DNA of 27,725 nt from an uncultured bacterium (GCA_963978095.1 CAXBQP010000043.1:1-27725), one strand, 5' to 3'. Shown: positions 1 to 9,370, numbered from the stretch's first letter. The notes: generated by a model not told the origin, from the letters alone. A program made the numbers and translations.

Positions 1-1073
1 GCTCCCCCTCGTCCGCCACCGCCCGTCGTATCGTTGCCGAGCCGCAGTGCGCGCTTGTTGATCGTCGAGACCACCTTGCCCGTGGCATCCCAGAGCTCCT
101 CGTTGCTGCCGAAGCTCGTGTACTGGACCACATACGAGAACGGCTTCTGCATCGTGCTGACGCGGAAGTACTGCCCGTCCGGCGAGGCATCCACGCTCTG
201 GATCATCTGCGGCGCGCCGATCTTCTTCACGGCCTTGGTCTTCACGTCGATGAGCGCGAGTTGGCCGGTCGTGTAGTACTCGAGCAACTCCATCTCGTAC
301 GGTTCGTTGAGCAGACTCGCGAAGTTGCGTTCCGCGTCCTTCACGCCGTCGGTCCACAGGCGGACGTTCGGGCCAGTGGCGATCTCGGGCTTCTTGGGCT
401 CGGGCTTCCGGCCATCCGGCAGCTGGACGACCACCACGCTCTTGCCATCGGCGGTCCAGTCGATCGCGGTCACGAGCGTCGCGAGGAGCGGCGTCTTGGT
501 GACCTGCACCGACTTGCCGGTGGCGATGTCGGCGACGAAGACGTGCGAGGCGTCGTCGAAGTTGGCGACGAACGCGATCTGCTTGGCATCCGGTGCCCAC
601 GACGACCCGCTGATGGTCGCGCCCTTGGGCGCGTCGATGCTGACGGTCTTCCCGGCCACCGGGTCGATCAGTTGCAGGCCGGTCGCGCCCCGCGTCGTGA
701 GAGCACGGGCACGGTTGGCCTTGAAGTCCACTTGCAGGCCGCCCAGGTAGTAGTGCGCTTTTCCGAACGCGGTGACGCTCGGCAGCCCTTCGCTCTGCTC
801 TTTCAGGAAGAACTTCCGGTCCGGACTCGGCTGCGAGAGCGCGACATTCAGGTGGCGCGGCGCGGCGACCAGTGCGGTGATCTCGCTGGACGGGACCGCG
901 TAGGTCTCCTTCGCGAGCTGCGCTTTGTCGGCGACAAGCCATCCCGGTTCCTGCTTGCCGGCTGCCGCGGCCTGCGCGCCTTGCGCTCGCAGACTCGGCG
1001 TCGTGAACAGTGCGAGCGACGCGACGACGGCGCCGCGCGCGGTGAGGCGGAAGAAGGGACTGGTCCGCATCAT
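1..1073 (-). CDS. S9/prolyl oligopeptidase-family serine peptidase, exported; N-terminal part only (runs off the left edge)
   Basis: Absent from the ORF track because there is no stop in the window. Manual translation from ATG 1073/1070 (GAGGA upstream) is open to base 1: MMRTSPFFRLTARGAVVASLALFTTPSLRA-QG (signal peptide), then YAVPSSEITALVAAPR, propeller-type repeats SWAPDAKQIAFV / IDWTADGKSVV / ASPDGQYFRV, and LLEYYTTGQLALID and KPFSYVV, typical of S9 peptidase N-termini. The catalytic domain lies outside the window. Confidence 0.75.
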   Translation of the reverse strand, partial: MMRTSPFFRLTARGAVVASLALFTTPSLRAQGAQAAAAGKQEPGWLVADKAQLAKETYAVPSSEITALVAAPRHLNVALSQPSPDRKFFLKEQSEGLPSVTAFGKAHYYLGGLQVDFKANRARALTTRGATGLQLIDPVAGKTVSIDAPKGATISGSSWAPDAKQIAFVANFDDASHVFVADIATGKSVQVTKTPLLATLVTAIDWTADGKSVVVVQLPDGRKPEPKKPEIATGPNVRLWTDGVKDAERNFASLLNEPYEMELLEYYTTGQLALIDVKTKAVKKIGAPQMIQSVDASPDGQYFRVSTMQKPFSYVVQYTSFGSNEELWDATGKVVSTINKRALRLGNDTTGGGGRGG

Positions 1074-1225
1074 GGATCCTCAAAGAGGGGGGTGGGGGGA
1101 CGGCCCGGGGCGGCCGCTCCGAACGTGCCTAGAACATACGTGCCGCGCATGGGCTCCGCTGAGGGGCAGCGACCAGTCATCGTCGGGGAGTGCTCTGCGG
1201 GCCGGTTCGGGGTATCTTGCGGGAT

Positions 1226-3400
1226 ATGACCATTTCCTCTCGCTCGCTGCTGGCCGGCCTGGCGCTCCTGCTCGGCGTCGCCTCCCCCCGATCAGCGGTC
1301 GCGCAGTCCGGCAGCGCCGGCGCCAAAACGCCTGCCAAGCCAGGGGCCGCGTCCGTGGGCGCCCCGACATCTATGTCCGTCAAGCGGTTGCCCCTGGCCG
1401 TCACGGACATCGCCGACATCGTGACCCTGGAGAAGCTGGAGGATCGGCGCGACTACGACGCGGCGACGTTGCAGCGCATCTCCACCGCCAAACATCCGGA
1501 GCTGCGTCGGCGCGCGGCGCTCGCCATCGCGCGGCTCTACGACCCGCGGGGGCGCGCTCTGCTGCGCGCCATGCGCACGGATCCCGATACCGCGGTGCTG
1601 GCGACGGTCGCATGGGCGACGGGGCAACTGGTGGACACGAGCGCGGTGGCCTGGCTCGATTCGTTGCTGCAAGGGACCAAGACCCCGGTGGGGGTGGCCA
1701 CCGAGGCGGCCGGGGCGTTCGGGAAGATTCGGACCACTGACACCCGGCTCCGGCTCTCGTTGTACCTCGGCAACGCCACCGCAGGGCCGCGAACGGCCCC
1801 GGTCGTCGCGGAAGCCTTGCTGGCGATCGGTCGACACCGGGAGCGTGGGGCGATCGGTGCGATCGTGCGGTGGGCGCAGTCGGCGGACGTCGAACTCCGC
1901 TGGCGTGCCGCGTGGGCCCTGTTCCGCAACCGGGACCCCGCCGCGATCCCTGATTTGATGGCGCTCGCCACGGACCCGTCACCGGAGGTGCGGTTTTGGG
2001 CGGTTCGTGGTCTGAGCGGTGCCCGTGCGGACTCGTCGGACGTGGGCTCTGCCGGCACGCGGCCGGTACTGCTTGCCGCATTGCGCGATGCGGATCGTCG
2101 GGTACAGACCGAGGCTGTCCGCACCTTGGGGAGCTACTCGGACGCCGGGTCGCTGATCCAGCTGACGCTGTTGTTGAACGCCGAGGATATGTGGATCGCC
2201 ACGACGGCCGCCGAAGGGATCGGCTCGCGTGGCGACAAGTCGCGGGCGGCGATCGCCCAGCTGGTGAGCTCCACGGAATCCGACAATCCGACCTGGATCC
2301 GCGCCGCGGCGCTGAGCGCGCTGGCCGACGTCTGGCTCGCCGCGGCGCTTGAGCCGGCAACCGCGATGGCGAAGGACACATCCCTCACCGCGCGGACGGC
2401 GGCGGCGCAGGTGCTGGCGAAGCTCGGCGTCGGTGCGCGCGAAGGGTTGGAGTCGTTGCTCAAGGATTCGGATCGCGCCGTCCGCGCCACCGCGTGGACG
2501 GGGTATCTGAGCCTCGCGGACACCGTGGACGAACTCCCGCTGCGGCGCGTGGCCCGGCGCGGTGCGTTCGCGTCGCAGGACGTGGCGGTTCGCGCGGCGG
2601 CCGCTGCCTCGATGGCCAAGTGGGCCGACGCCTCCGACATCCCCACGCTGCTCGCCGCGTTCGCGGTCGCGCTGACGGACAGTGCGCTCATCGCCCAGGA
2701 ATCCACGATCGAGGCGCTCGCGGACATCGAGCAGCGCGGGGGCGGGGCCGCGGCGGCGTTCTTCGCCAAGTATCCGGTGGCGCCGAGCGATGCGGTGTAC
2801 GGATTTGCGGGCCGCGGCTTCGGCGCCAAGACGATCGCCGCGTGGGGCACGGGGCGTCCGGTGCGCACCACGCGTACCGACGCCGATTATCAGCGGATCG
2901 TCGAGTCACTCATCATCCCGGTGTACAATGGCGGGCCGGCACCGCGTCTGCGCTGGGAGACCACCAAAGGCATGGTCGATACCGAGCTGAATCCACTCGA
3001 TACGCCGCTCGCCGCCGACTACCTGTTGCAGCTCACCGCCAAGGGGACGATGCAGCACGTCCGGTTCGACCGCGTCGTGCCGAACTTCGTGGCGCAGCAG
3101 CGTGAGGCGGAAACCAACGAACCGCTCCAGCGCGATGAGATCAGTCGCGGTCGTTTGGTCCGCGGTAACCTCAGCTGGGGGTCGAACATCGGTAACGCCC
3201 CCCGGTTCCCGGGGCGCGGCCCCGGCGCGGCGTACGACACGGGACCAGCGGTGTACACGTTCGGCGTCACGCCGCAGCCGCACAACGAAGGCGACTTCTC
3301 GGCGCTCGGGCATGTGATCCGGGGGATCGACGTCGTCGACCGGCTGGAGCTCGGCGACTATGTGAAGTCGGTGCGGGTGCTGAAGCCCGGCGAGAAGTAG
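1226..3400 (+). CDS. Exported HEAT-repeat protein with C-terminal degenerate cyclophilin-like domain
   Basis: Signal peptide (MTISSRSLLAGLALLLGVASPRSAVA-Q) and many HEAT/PBS repeats (PELRRRAALAIAR, DVELRWRAAWAL, SPEVRFWAVRGL, DRRVQTEAVRTLG). C-terminal ETTKG..FDRVVPNFVAQ..PQPHNEG..GHVIRGIDVVD. ATG 1226 preferred over the ORF-track start at 1190. Confidence 0.8.
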   Translation: MTISSRSLLAGLALLLGVASPRSAVAQSGSAGAKTPAKPGAASVGAPTSMSVKRLPLAVTDIADIVTLEKLEDRRDYDAATLQRISTAKHPELRRRAALAIARLYDPRGRALLRAMRTDPDTAVLATVAWATGQLVDTSAVAWLDSLLQGTKTPVGVATEAAGAFGKIRTTDTRLRLSLYLGNATAGPRTAPVVAEALLAIGRHRERGAIGAIVRWAQSADVELRWRAAWALFRNRDPAAIPDLMALATDPSPEVRFWAVRGLSGARADSSDVGSAGTRPVLLAALRDADRRVQTEAVRTLGSYSDAGSLIQLTLLLNAEDMWIATTAAEGIGSRGDKSRAAIAQLVSSTESDNPTWIRAAALSALADVWLAAALEPATAMAKDTSLTARTAAAQVLAKLGVGAREGLESLLKDSDRAVRATAWTGYLSLADTVDELPLRRVARRGAFASQDVAVRAAAAASMAKWADASDIPTLLAAFAVALTDSALIAQESTIEALADIEQRGGGAAAAFFAKYPVAPSDAVYGFAGRGFGAKTIAAWGTGRPVRTTRTDADYQRIVESLIIPVYNGGPAPRLRWETTKGMVDTELNPLDTPLAADYLLQLTAKGTMQHVRFDRVVPNFVAQQREAETNEPLQRDEISRGRLVRGNLSWGSNIGNAPRFPGRGPGAAYDTGPAVYTFGVTPQPHNEGDFSALGHVIRGIDVVDRLELGDYVKSVRVLKPGEK

Positions 3401-3420
3401 CGCGCCTTCCGGCGACCGGC

Positions 3421-3933
3421 TCAGCGCCCCGGGCGCCTACCGCGACCGCGGCCGATCGCCATTTCGTCCAAAATCTTCTGCAGGGCGTCCTTCTGTTCCT
3501 GGCTCAGCAGGGCGCGAGCGTCGTCCGCCGCCTTGGCGTTGCGCTCGCCGATCTCGCGGAGCAATGGCGCCGCTTCCTGCAGCTTCTGCATGGCCATCGC
3601 GCGCTGTTCCTGCGTCATCAGGCCCGGCGAAGGCCTCGCACTGGTGGTGCTGTCGCCGCGCAGGGCGCGCATCTTGGCCATCGTCGGGGCGTTCGCGGCG
3701 GTCGTGGTGGAGTCGATCCGTCGCATCGTCGCGACCTGCTCCGCCGAGAGTTTGAGGTCGTCCTTGTGGGTGAGAATCACGCCGAGGAGGCTGGCGTCCT
3801 GCGCCGCAGCCATCAGCCCAGCGCCGCGTCCTCGGAGTCCGCCCAGCCCGCGCTGGGCCGTCGAGACGGCTGGAATGGCGGAACACAGGGCGAGGGCCAT
3901 CAGCAGAGGGACAACGCGCGATCGGGCACGCAT
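3421..3933 (-). CDS. Spy/CpxP-like (LTxxQ) periplasmic helical protein
   Basis: AGGAG RBS, signal peptide (..AIPAVSTA-Q), helical Met/Ala/Arg-rich body with LSAEQ, MTQEQ and LSQEQ motifs. Confidence 0.6.
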   Translation of the reverse strand: MRARSRVVPLLMALALCSAIPAVSTAQRGLGGLRGRGAGLMAAAQDASLLGVILTHKDDLKLSAEQVATMRRIDSTTTAANAPTMAKMRALRGDSTTSARPSPGLMTQEQRAMAMQKLQEAAPLLREIGERNAKAADDARALLSQEQKDALQKILDEMAIGRGRGRRPGR

Positions 3934-3991
3934 GGTGGGGCTCCTGGAAGCGGGTGGACAGGCAGCGTGTCGCCTGCGGTCATGGAAATAG

Positions 3992-4017
3992 GACGAGTGG
4001 TCTCCCGTGGACGTTAG
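3992..4017 (-). promoter_or_regulatory. Putative ECF-sigma promoter for the Spy-like gene
   Basis: The minus strand reads CTAAC-N17-CGTC, matching the generic ECF AAC-N17-CGTC pattern, about 60 nt upstream of ATG 3933. Confidence 0.4.
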
Positions 4018-4083
4018 CGGGGGCTGGTGCGGTCAGGGGCCAGCGCTGGTTATCTTTTCCCATCGTTCCCACTGAACCCGATC

Positions 4084-4560
4084 ATGACTTCCGTTACCCG
4101 TACTGCACTGTTCGCGGCACTCGCCGCGTCGATCGCCTGCTCGGGCGGGGCGTCGTCGCTTCCCGCGCCCTCGCCGGAGCGGCTGCCGTTCGCCGAGAAG
4201 CTCGACGTGGATTTCGCCAAGATGACGAAGACCAAGTTGGGTGTCTATGTGCGCGACCTGGAACTCGGGACGGGCCCGCTGGTGGAGACCGGGCAGAACC
4301 TGACGGTCCGCTACACCGGGTCGCTGAACAACGGGACGGAGTTCGACAAAGTCGGCCCGGGAGACAAGCCGATCTCGTTCCGGCTCGGACGGCGACAGGT
4401 GATCCAGGGATGGGACGACGGGATCATCGGCATGCGCGTCGGTGGGCGTCGCCAGCTGGTGATTCCTCCGGATCTGGGATACGGACCCGAGCGCTCGGGG
4501 AAGATCCCGGGTGACGCGACCTTGGTGTTCGTGATCGAGATCGTCGGCGCGAAGTACTGA
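4084..4560 (+). CDS. FKBP-type peptidyl-prolyl cis-trans isomerase, probable lipoprotein
   Basis: Motifs VRYTGSLNNGTEFD, VIQGWDDGIIGMRVGGRRQLVIPPDLGYG and IPGDATLVFVIEI. N-terminal lipobox-like AASIAC. Confidence 0.93.
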   Translation: MTSVTRTALFAALAASIACSGGASSLPAPSPERLPFAEKLDVDFAKMTKTKLGVYVRDLELGTGPLVETGQNLTVRYTGSLNNGTEFDKVGPGDKPISFRLGRRQVIQGWDDGIIGMRVGGRRQLVIPPDLGYGPERSGKIPGDATLVFVIEIVGAKY

Positions 4561-4577
4561 GTGCTGGTGCCGCGGGG

Positions 4578-5561
4578 TCAGTCCCGCCACGCCTCCGCGA
4601 ACTCCCGAACGATGGCACCGGCCGGCTTCACCTCCTGAATGCCGGCGACGCTTTTTCCCGCCTGCCAGTACTCGGCGCCGCGCTCGACTTGCGAACTTTT
4701 CTTCATGGAACGCATGCCCTTGAGTGCGTAATACATGCGCATCCAGTGCTTGGTCTTGCGTCCACGCAGCATCCAGCGGGCGAAGGGCCCGGCCGTGGTG
4801 CCGAGGCGTTTCACGTAGTCGTTGGCGATCACGCTCACGGGAACCCCGGTGAGCCGCTCGGTGAGGGCGATGTCCGCTTCGGTGGCATCCACGATGGCCT
4901 GCTTGTAGGCCTGGCTGGTCCTGCACTCCGGCGTCGCGATGAAACGCGTGCCGAGCTGGACCCCGGCGTAACCGAGCGCCAATTGCTCGGTGAACTCGTG
5001 GGCGGTTCCGACGCCGCCGGCCGAGATCAGCGGGACGCCGAGCGGCGCCAGCGCATCAAAGAGCTCCCGAGGCGAGAGACGTCCCGTGTGCCCACCGGCG
5101 CGGTTGTTGACCGCGATCAAACCGTCGACTCCGCCGTCGAGTCCTTTCTGGGCCCACTTCTTCTCGGTCACGTCGTGATAGACGATACCGCCCGCGGCGT
5201 GCACGCGATCGGCGACCCACTTCGGGTTCCCGAGCGAGGTGATGAAGAAGCGCACCCCTTCTTCGAGTGCGATGTCCACCCACTGGACCATCTTGTTGTG
5301 GTAGGCCTTGGACGACTGCTCGATGAGGGCGTTGAACCCGAACGGTTTGCTCGTGAGCGTGCGAATCTGCCGCAGGCCGGCGCGGAAGTCGTAGCCGTAG
5401 ACGTACGTCAGCGAAATCGGCTGCACGATGCCGATCCCCCCGGCCTCACTCACCGCCGCGACAAGCTCCGGATTGCTGCACGGATACATCGGCCCGCAGA
5501 TCAGCGGGACGTCGATGCCGACGGACCGGGTGAACGGAGTACTCGCGCGAAGCTCGCTCAT
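4578..5561 (-). CDS. Nitronate monooxygenase / FabK-family FMN oxidoreductase
   Basis: Motifs PLICGPM, PELVAAVSEAGGIG, AGGH, PLISAGGV, GVQLGTRFIATPEC and WQAGKSV. Confidence 0.88.
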   Translation of the reverse strand: MSELRASTPFTRSVGIDVPLICGPMYPCSNPELVAAVSEAGGIGIVQPISLTYVYGYDFRAGLRQIRTLTSKPFGFNALIEQSSKAYHNKMVQWVDIALEEGVRFFITSLGNPKWVADRVHAAGGIVYHDVTEKKWAQKGLDGGVDGLIAVNNRAGGHTGRLSPRELFDALAPLGVPLISAGGVGTAHEFTEQLALGYAGVQLGTRFIATPECRTSQAYKQAIVDATEADIALTERLTGVPVSVIANDYVKRLGTTAGPFARWMLRGRKTKHWMRMYYALKGMRSMKKSSQVERGAEYWQAGKSVAGIQEVKPAGAIVREFAEAWRD

Positions 5562-6052
5562 CTGGTTGTCTTGGGGGGGATCGGTCCGAGCTTCCAGCGC
5601 ACGGTGGCGCGTGCCACGAGGTCGCCCGTCGCGTCGGTGAGGGTGCTGTAGAAATCATGCTCCCCCTCAACCGTGAGATCGGGGAGTGCCGGACGGCTCT
5701 CGGCCGTGACCTTGCCGCGCGCTTTCTTGAAGTAGTCGATGGCCAGATGCGTGACGATCCCCCGGTAGCCCGCGGGCAAGGCGGTGGTCATCGCCGCGCC
5801 GCTCGCGAACTCGGCGACGTTCATCAGGGCGATCGCGTGGATCGAGCCGAGGTGCTGCTCCAGCCGGCGGCGTTGCCGGATCGAGATCTTGGCGTAACCG
5901 GGCTCCAGGACCTCCACCCGCGGGTTCACGGAGCCGGTGTAGGGAATCATCTGCTTCACCATGAGGGTGAAGAGGAAGTCGCCGAAGGGGATCTTGCGGA
6001 GCGCGCGATGGGCGTGGAGCAGTCGTTCGCCCGGGGATTCGGTGTGGGCCAT
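5558..6052 (-). CDS. Hotdog-fold (PaaI/DUF4442-like) thioesterase-family protein
   Basis: IPYTGSVNPRV..HLGSIHAIALMNVAEFASG..IDYFKKARG. Real start is ATG 6052. Stop overlaps the next gene's start (ATGA 5558-5561). Confidence 0.8.
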   Translation of the reverse strand: MAHTESPGERLLHAHRALRKIPFGDFLFTLMVKQMIPYTGSVNPRVEVLEPGYAKISIRQRRRLEQHLGSIHAIALMNVAEFASGAAMTTALPAGYRGIVTHLAIDYFKKARGKVTAESRPALPDLTVEGEHDFYSTLTDATGDLVARATVRWKLGPIPPKTTR

Positions 6053-6119
6053 CCCCAAAAGGTATCTTGTCTGAGGCAGGAGTGCCTCCCGACGACTTTC
6101 CCGAACTCCCGACACGACC

Positions 6120-8186
6120 GTGACCCCGCCGATTTCCGCTGCGCCCCTTCCACCCGTGGCCGAACGCATTCCGGTGAGCACCACACGGCACGGTGACACC
6201 CGCGTGGACGAATATGCCTGGCTGCGCGACAAGCACGATCCGCGCGTCATCGCGTATCTCGAGGCCGAGAACGCCTACACCACCGAGATGATGCGGCACA
6301 CGGAGGCGCTGCAGGGGGAGCTGTACGCCGAGATGCTCGCGCGCATCAAGGAGGACGACAGTCAGGTCCCCGCGCGCCGCGGCGACTGGTGGTACTACTC
6401 GCGAACGGAGCAGGGCAAGCCCTATCCGATTTTCTGCCGCCGCCACGGGTCCGCCGACGCGCCGGAGCAGATCTACTACGACCAGAACACCGCCGCCGCG
6501 GGACATGACTTCCACAACCTCGGCGGGTTCGAGGTGAGCCCCGATCACCGCTACCTCGCGTTGCTGGTGGACACCAACGGCTACGAGGACTTCGCGCTGC
6601 AGGTGATCGATCTCGAGAGCGGGCAGGCGCTGCCGGACACGGTCGCGCCGGTCGGGTTCGGGCTCGCGTGGGCCAGCAGCGGCACGCTCTTCTACACCAC
6701 GACGGACGAGGCCAAGCGGTCGCACGCGGTACACCGGCACACGCTCGGCACGCCCGCGAGCCATGACGTGCGCGTGTACCATGACGGCGATCCGCGCTTC
6801 AACGTCGGCGTCCACGCCTCGCGGAGTGCGGCGTGGGTCTGCATCTCCAGCACAAGCTTCACGAGCGCGGAGTGGTGGGTGGTCCCTGCCGCGGACGCAG
6901 CGCGCGCGCCGGTGTGCATCGCGCCGCGCGCCGAAGATGTGGAGTACGAGATCGCCCACGGCGGCGACTGGTGGTACATCACCACCAACCGCGACGGGGC
7001 CGCGAACTTCAAGGTGATGCGCGCACCCGTCAGCGCGCCCACCGAGTGGACGGAGTGGATCGCGCACCGACCGTCCGTCTTCGTGGAGGGCGTCGACGTC
7101 TTCGCGCGGCACGCCGTGGTCGTGGAACGCGAGGGCGGTCTGCGACAGCTCTCGGTGATCGAGCTTGCCACGGCGCATCAGCATCGGGTGGCATTCGGCG
7201 ATGCCGCCTACGGCGTGTATCCCGCCGACAATCCGGAGTTCGCGTCGTCGGTGTATCGATTCAGCTACTCCTCGCTCGCCCAGCCGCGGGCCGTGTACGA
7301 TTACGAACTCACGCAGCGCACGCGGGCGCTGCGCAAGCGCGACGAAGTTCTCGGGGGGTTCGAGGCGTCGCGCTACACCGTGGAGCGGGTGATGGCCCCG
7401 GCGCGCGACGGGACGCTCGTCCCCGTGTCGTTGGTGTATCGGGGGCCGTTGGTTCGTGACGGGAATCGCCCGCTGCTCCTCTATGCGTACGGCTCCTACG
7501 GCTATACGATGGAGCCGACCTTCAGTTCGACGCGATTCTCGCTGATCGACCGGGGGTTCATCTACGCCATCGCGCACGTGCGCGGCGGGCAGGAAATGGG
7601 GCGTGCCTGGTACGATGCCGGCAAAATGCAGCACAAGCTGAACACCTTTCACGATTTCATCGACGTGGCGGACCACCTCGTCCGGGATCGGTACACCTCG
7701 CCCCGCTATCTGGCGGCCAATGGGGGGAGCGCGGGCGGACTGCTCATGGGCGCAGTCGCGAACCTGCGCCCCGAGCTGTTCCGGGCGATCGTCGCCGACG
7801 TCCCGTTCGTCGACGTGCTCAATACCATGCTGGATGAATCGCTGCCCCTCACGAGCCAGGAGTGGGAGCAGTGGGGGAATCCGAACGATCCGGCCGACTA
7901 CGCCTACATCAAGGGGTACGCGCCGTACGAGAATATCCGCCCACAGCCCTATCCGAGGATCTTGGCGACGAGCGGGGTGAACGATTCGCGCGTCCCGTTC
8001 TGGGAGCCCACCAAGTGGGTCGCCCGGTTGCGTGCCGTGAAGACCGATCCACATCCGCTGCTGCTCAAGATGAACATGGGGGCAGGGCACGGGGGCTCCA
8101 CGGGGCGCTATGAACGGCTCAAGGAAGAGGCGTTCCGCCAGGCGTTCATCATCGATCAGCTGATCGGGGTGCCGGCCGGACAGTAG
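6120..8186 (+). CDS. ptrB: Oligopeptidase B (protease II, S9A)
   Basis: HGDTRVDEYAWLRD, YLEAENAY, LLYAYGSYG, HVRGGQEMGRAWY, catalytic GGSAGG, NDSRVPFWEPTKW and GAGHGG. Confidence 0.93.
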   Translation: MTPPISAAPLPPVAERIPVSTTRHGDTRVDEYAWLRDKHDPRVIAYLEAENAYTTEMMRHTEALQGELYAEMLARIKEDDSQVPARRGDWWYYSRTEQGKPYPIFCRRHGSADAPEQIYYDQNTAAAGHDFHNLGGFEVSPDHRYLALLVDTNGYEDFALQVIDLESGQALPDTVAPVGFGLAWASSGTLFYTTTDEAKRSHAVHRHTLGTPASHDVRVYHDGDPRFNVGVHASRSAAWVCISSTSFTSAEWWVVPAADAARAPVCIAPRAEDVEYEIAHGGDWWYITTNRDGAANFKVMRAPVSAPTEWTEWIAHRPSVFVEGVDVFARHAVVVEREGGLRQLSVIELATAHQHRVAFGDAAYGVYPADNPEFASSVYRFSYSSLAQPRAVYDYELTQRTRALRKRDEVLGGFEASRYTVERVMAPARDGTLVPVSLVYRGPLVRDGNRPLLLYAYGSYGYTMEPTFSSTRFSLIDRGFIYAIAHVRGGQEMGRAWYDAGKMQHKLNTFHDFIDVADHLVRDRYTSPRYLAANGGSAGGLLMGAVANLRPELFRAIVADVPFVDVLNTMLDESLPLTSQEWEQWGNPNDPADYAYIKGYAPYENIRPQPYPRILATSGVNDSRVPFWEPTKWVARLRAVKTDPHPLLLKMNMGAGHGGSTGRYERLKEEAFRQAFIIDQLIGVPAGQ

Positions 8187-8224
8187 CGGCCGCGTCACCG
8201 GTCCGAAACGACTATGTTCTCCCG

Positions 8225-9370
8225 ATGCTCATCGCGTTGATTCTCGCCGAGGGCCTTGCGCTGATGGTCCTGCTCGCCAGGCTCGCTGGAGGGCGCACGC
8301 GTCGTCCACCCGAGACGCCCGCGCCCGGAACGGGCGCGCCCGGGTTGGTCACCATCGTGATTGCGACACTGAATGAAGCGGCGCGGATCGCCCCGTTGCT
8401 CCGCGGCGTCGCCGCGCAGGGCGACGTGGTGAAAGAGATCCTTGTCGTCGACAGCCATTCGACGGACGGCACCCGTGAACTCGTCACCGCCGCTGCGGCG
8501 CGCGATTCGCGGATTCGGCTCCTCACCGACCCGCCACTCCCCCCGGCGTGGGTCGGCAAGGCGTGGGCGCTACAGCACGGGCTCGAGCACGCGACCACCG
8601 AATGGGTGCTGGGACTCGATGCGGATACCGAGCCCGCCTCCGGCCTCGCCGACGCCGTCGTTGCCGCCGCTGACCGCGAAGGGTTTGACTGTGTTTCCTT
8701 CAGCCCCTGCTTCGACGGGCAGACGACGGCGGAACAGTTGGTGCAGCCAGCGATACTCGTCACCCTGATCTACCGCTCAGGGGCGGCGGGGGACCCGCGT
8801 GTCCGTCCGGACCGCGTGCTGGCCAACGGGCAGTGCTTCCTCGTGCGAAAGGCGGTCCTCCTCGCGCACGGCGGCTACGAGCCCGTCAAGGCGTCCTTCG
8901 CCGAGGACGTCTCGCTCGCGCGGCGGCTGGCCTCACGCGGCGTGCCGGTGGGGTTCCTGGATGGCTCGCGTCTCTACACGGTGCGGGCGTACTCCGGACT
9001 CCCGCAGATGTGGCGCGAGTGGGGGCGCTCGATCGCCCTCCGCGACTCGGTTCCTGTGGTGAAGCAGTGGTTCGACATTGCCATCCTGTTCTTGGCGCAA
9101 GCGTTGCCGCTCCCGCTCACCCTCGTGATCGCCGGCGGACTCGTCCCGCTGGCCCCCTCTCCGGAACGGACTGCCCTCTCCTGGCTGGTGGGCACGCTGC
9201 TGAGCGTGCGACTGATGATGTTGCTGGCGATCCGGGGTTCGTATTCCCGCCGCGGCGTCGCGTTCTGGCTCAGCCCGCTGGCCGATCCGGTCGCGTGGTG
9301 GCGTATCGTGCTCTCGACGCTGCGCGGCCCCACGCACTGGCGCACACGCCGCTATACCAGCGCCAGCTGA
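8225..9370 (+). CDS. cruG: GT2 glycosyltransferase, CruG-like (carotenoid 2'-O-glycosyltransferase)
   Basis: TLNEA, VVDSHSTDGT, PLPPAWVGKAWAL, DADT, RVLANGQCFL, SFAEDVSLAR, GFLDG and WREWGRS, colinear with cyanobacterial CruG as I recall it. N- and C-terminal TM helices. Confidence 0.7.
   Translation: MLIALILAEGLALMVLLARLAGGRTRRPPETPAPGTGAPGLVTIVIATLNEAARIAPLLRGVAAQGDVVKEILVVDSHSTDGTRELVTAAAARDSRIRLLTDPPLPPAWVGKAWALQHGLEHATTEWVLGLDADTEPASGLADAVVAAADREGFDCVSFSPCFDGQTTAEQLVQPAILVTLIYRSGAAGDPRVRPDRVLANGQCFLVRKAVLLAHGGYEPVKASFAEDVSLARRLASRGVPVGFLDGSRLYTVRAYSGLPQMWREWGRSIALRDSVPVVKQWFDIAILFLAQALPLPLTLVIAGGLVPLAPSPERTALSWLVGTLLSVRLMMLLAIRGSYSRRGVAFWLSPLADPVAWWRIVLSTLRGPTHWRTRRYTSAS

Noticed and set aside
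34..1229. Plus-strand ORFs 34..276, 261..1229 and 307..750
   Set aside because: Shadows of the minus-strand S9 peptidase that the ORF track omitted.
5667..8198. 843-aa minus-strand ORF
   Set aside because: Antisense shadow of ptrB caused by high-GC codon bias; Arg/Pro-rich with no motifs.
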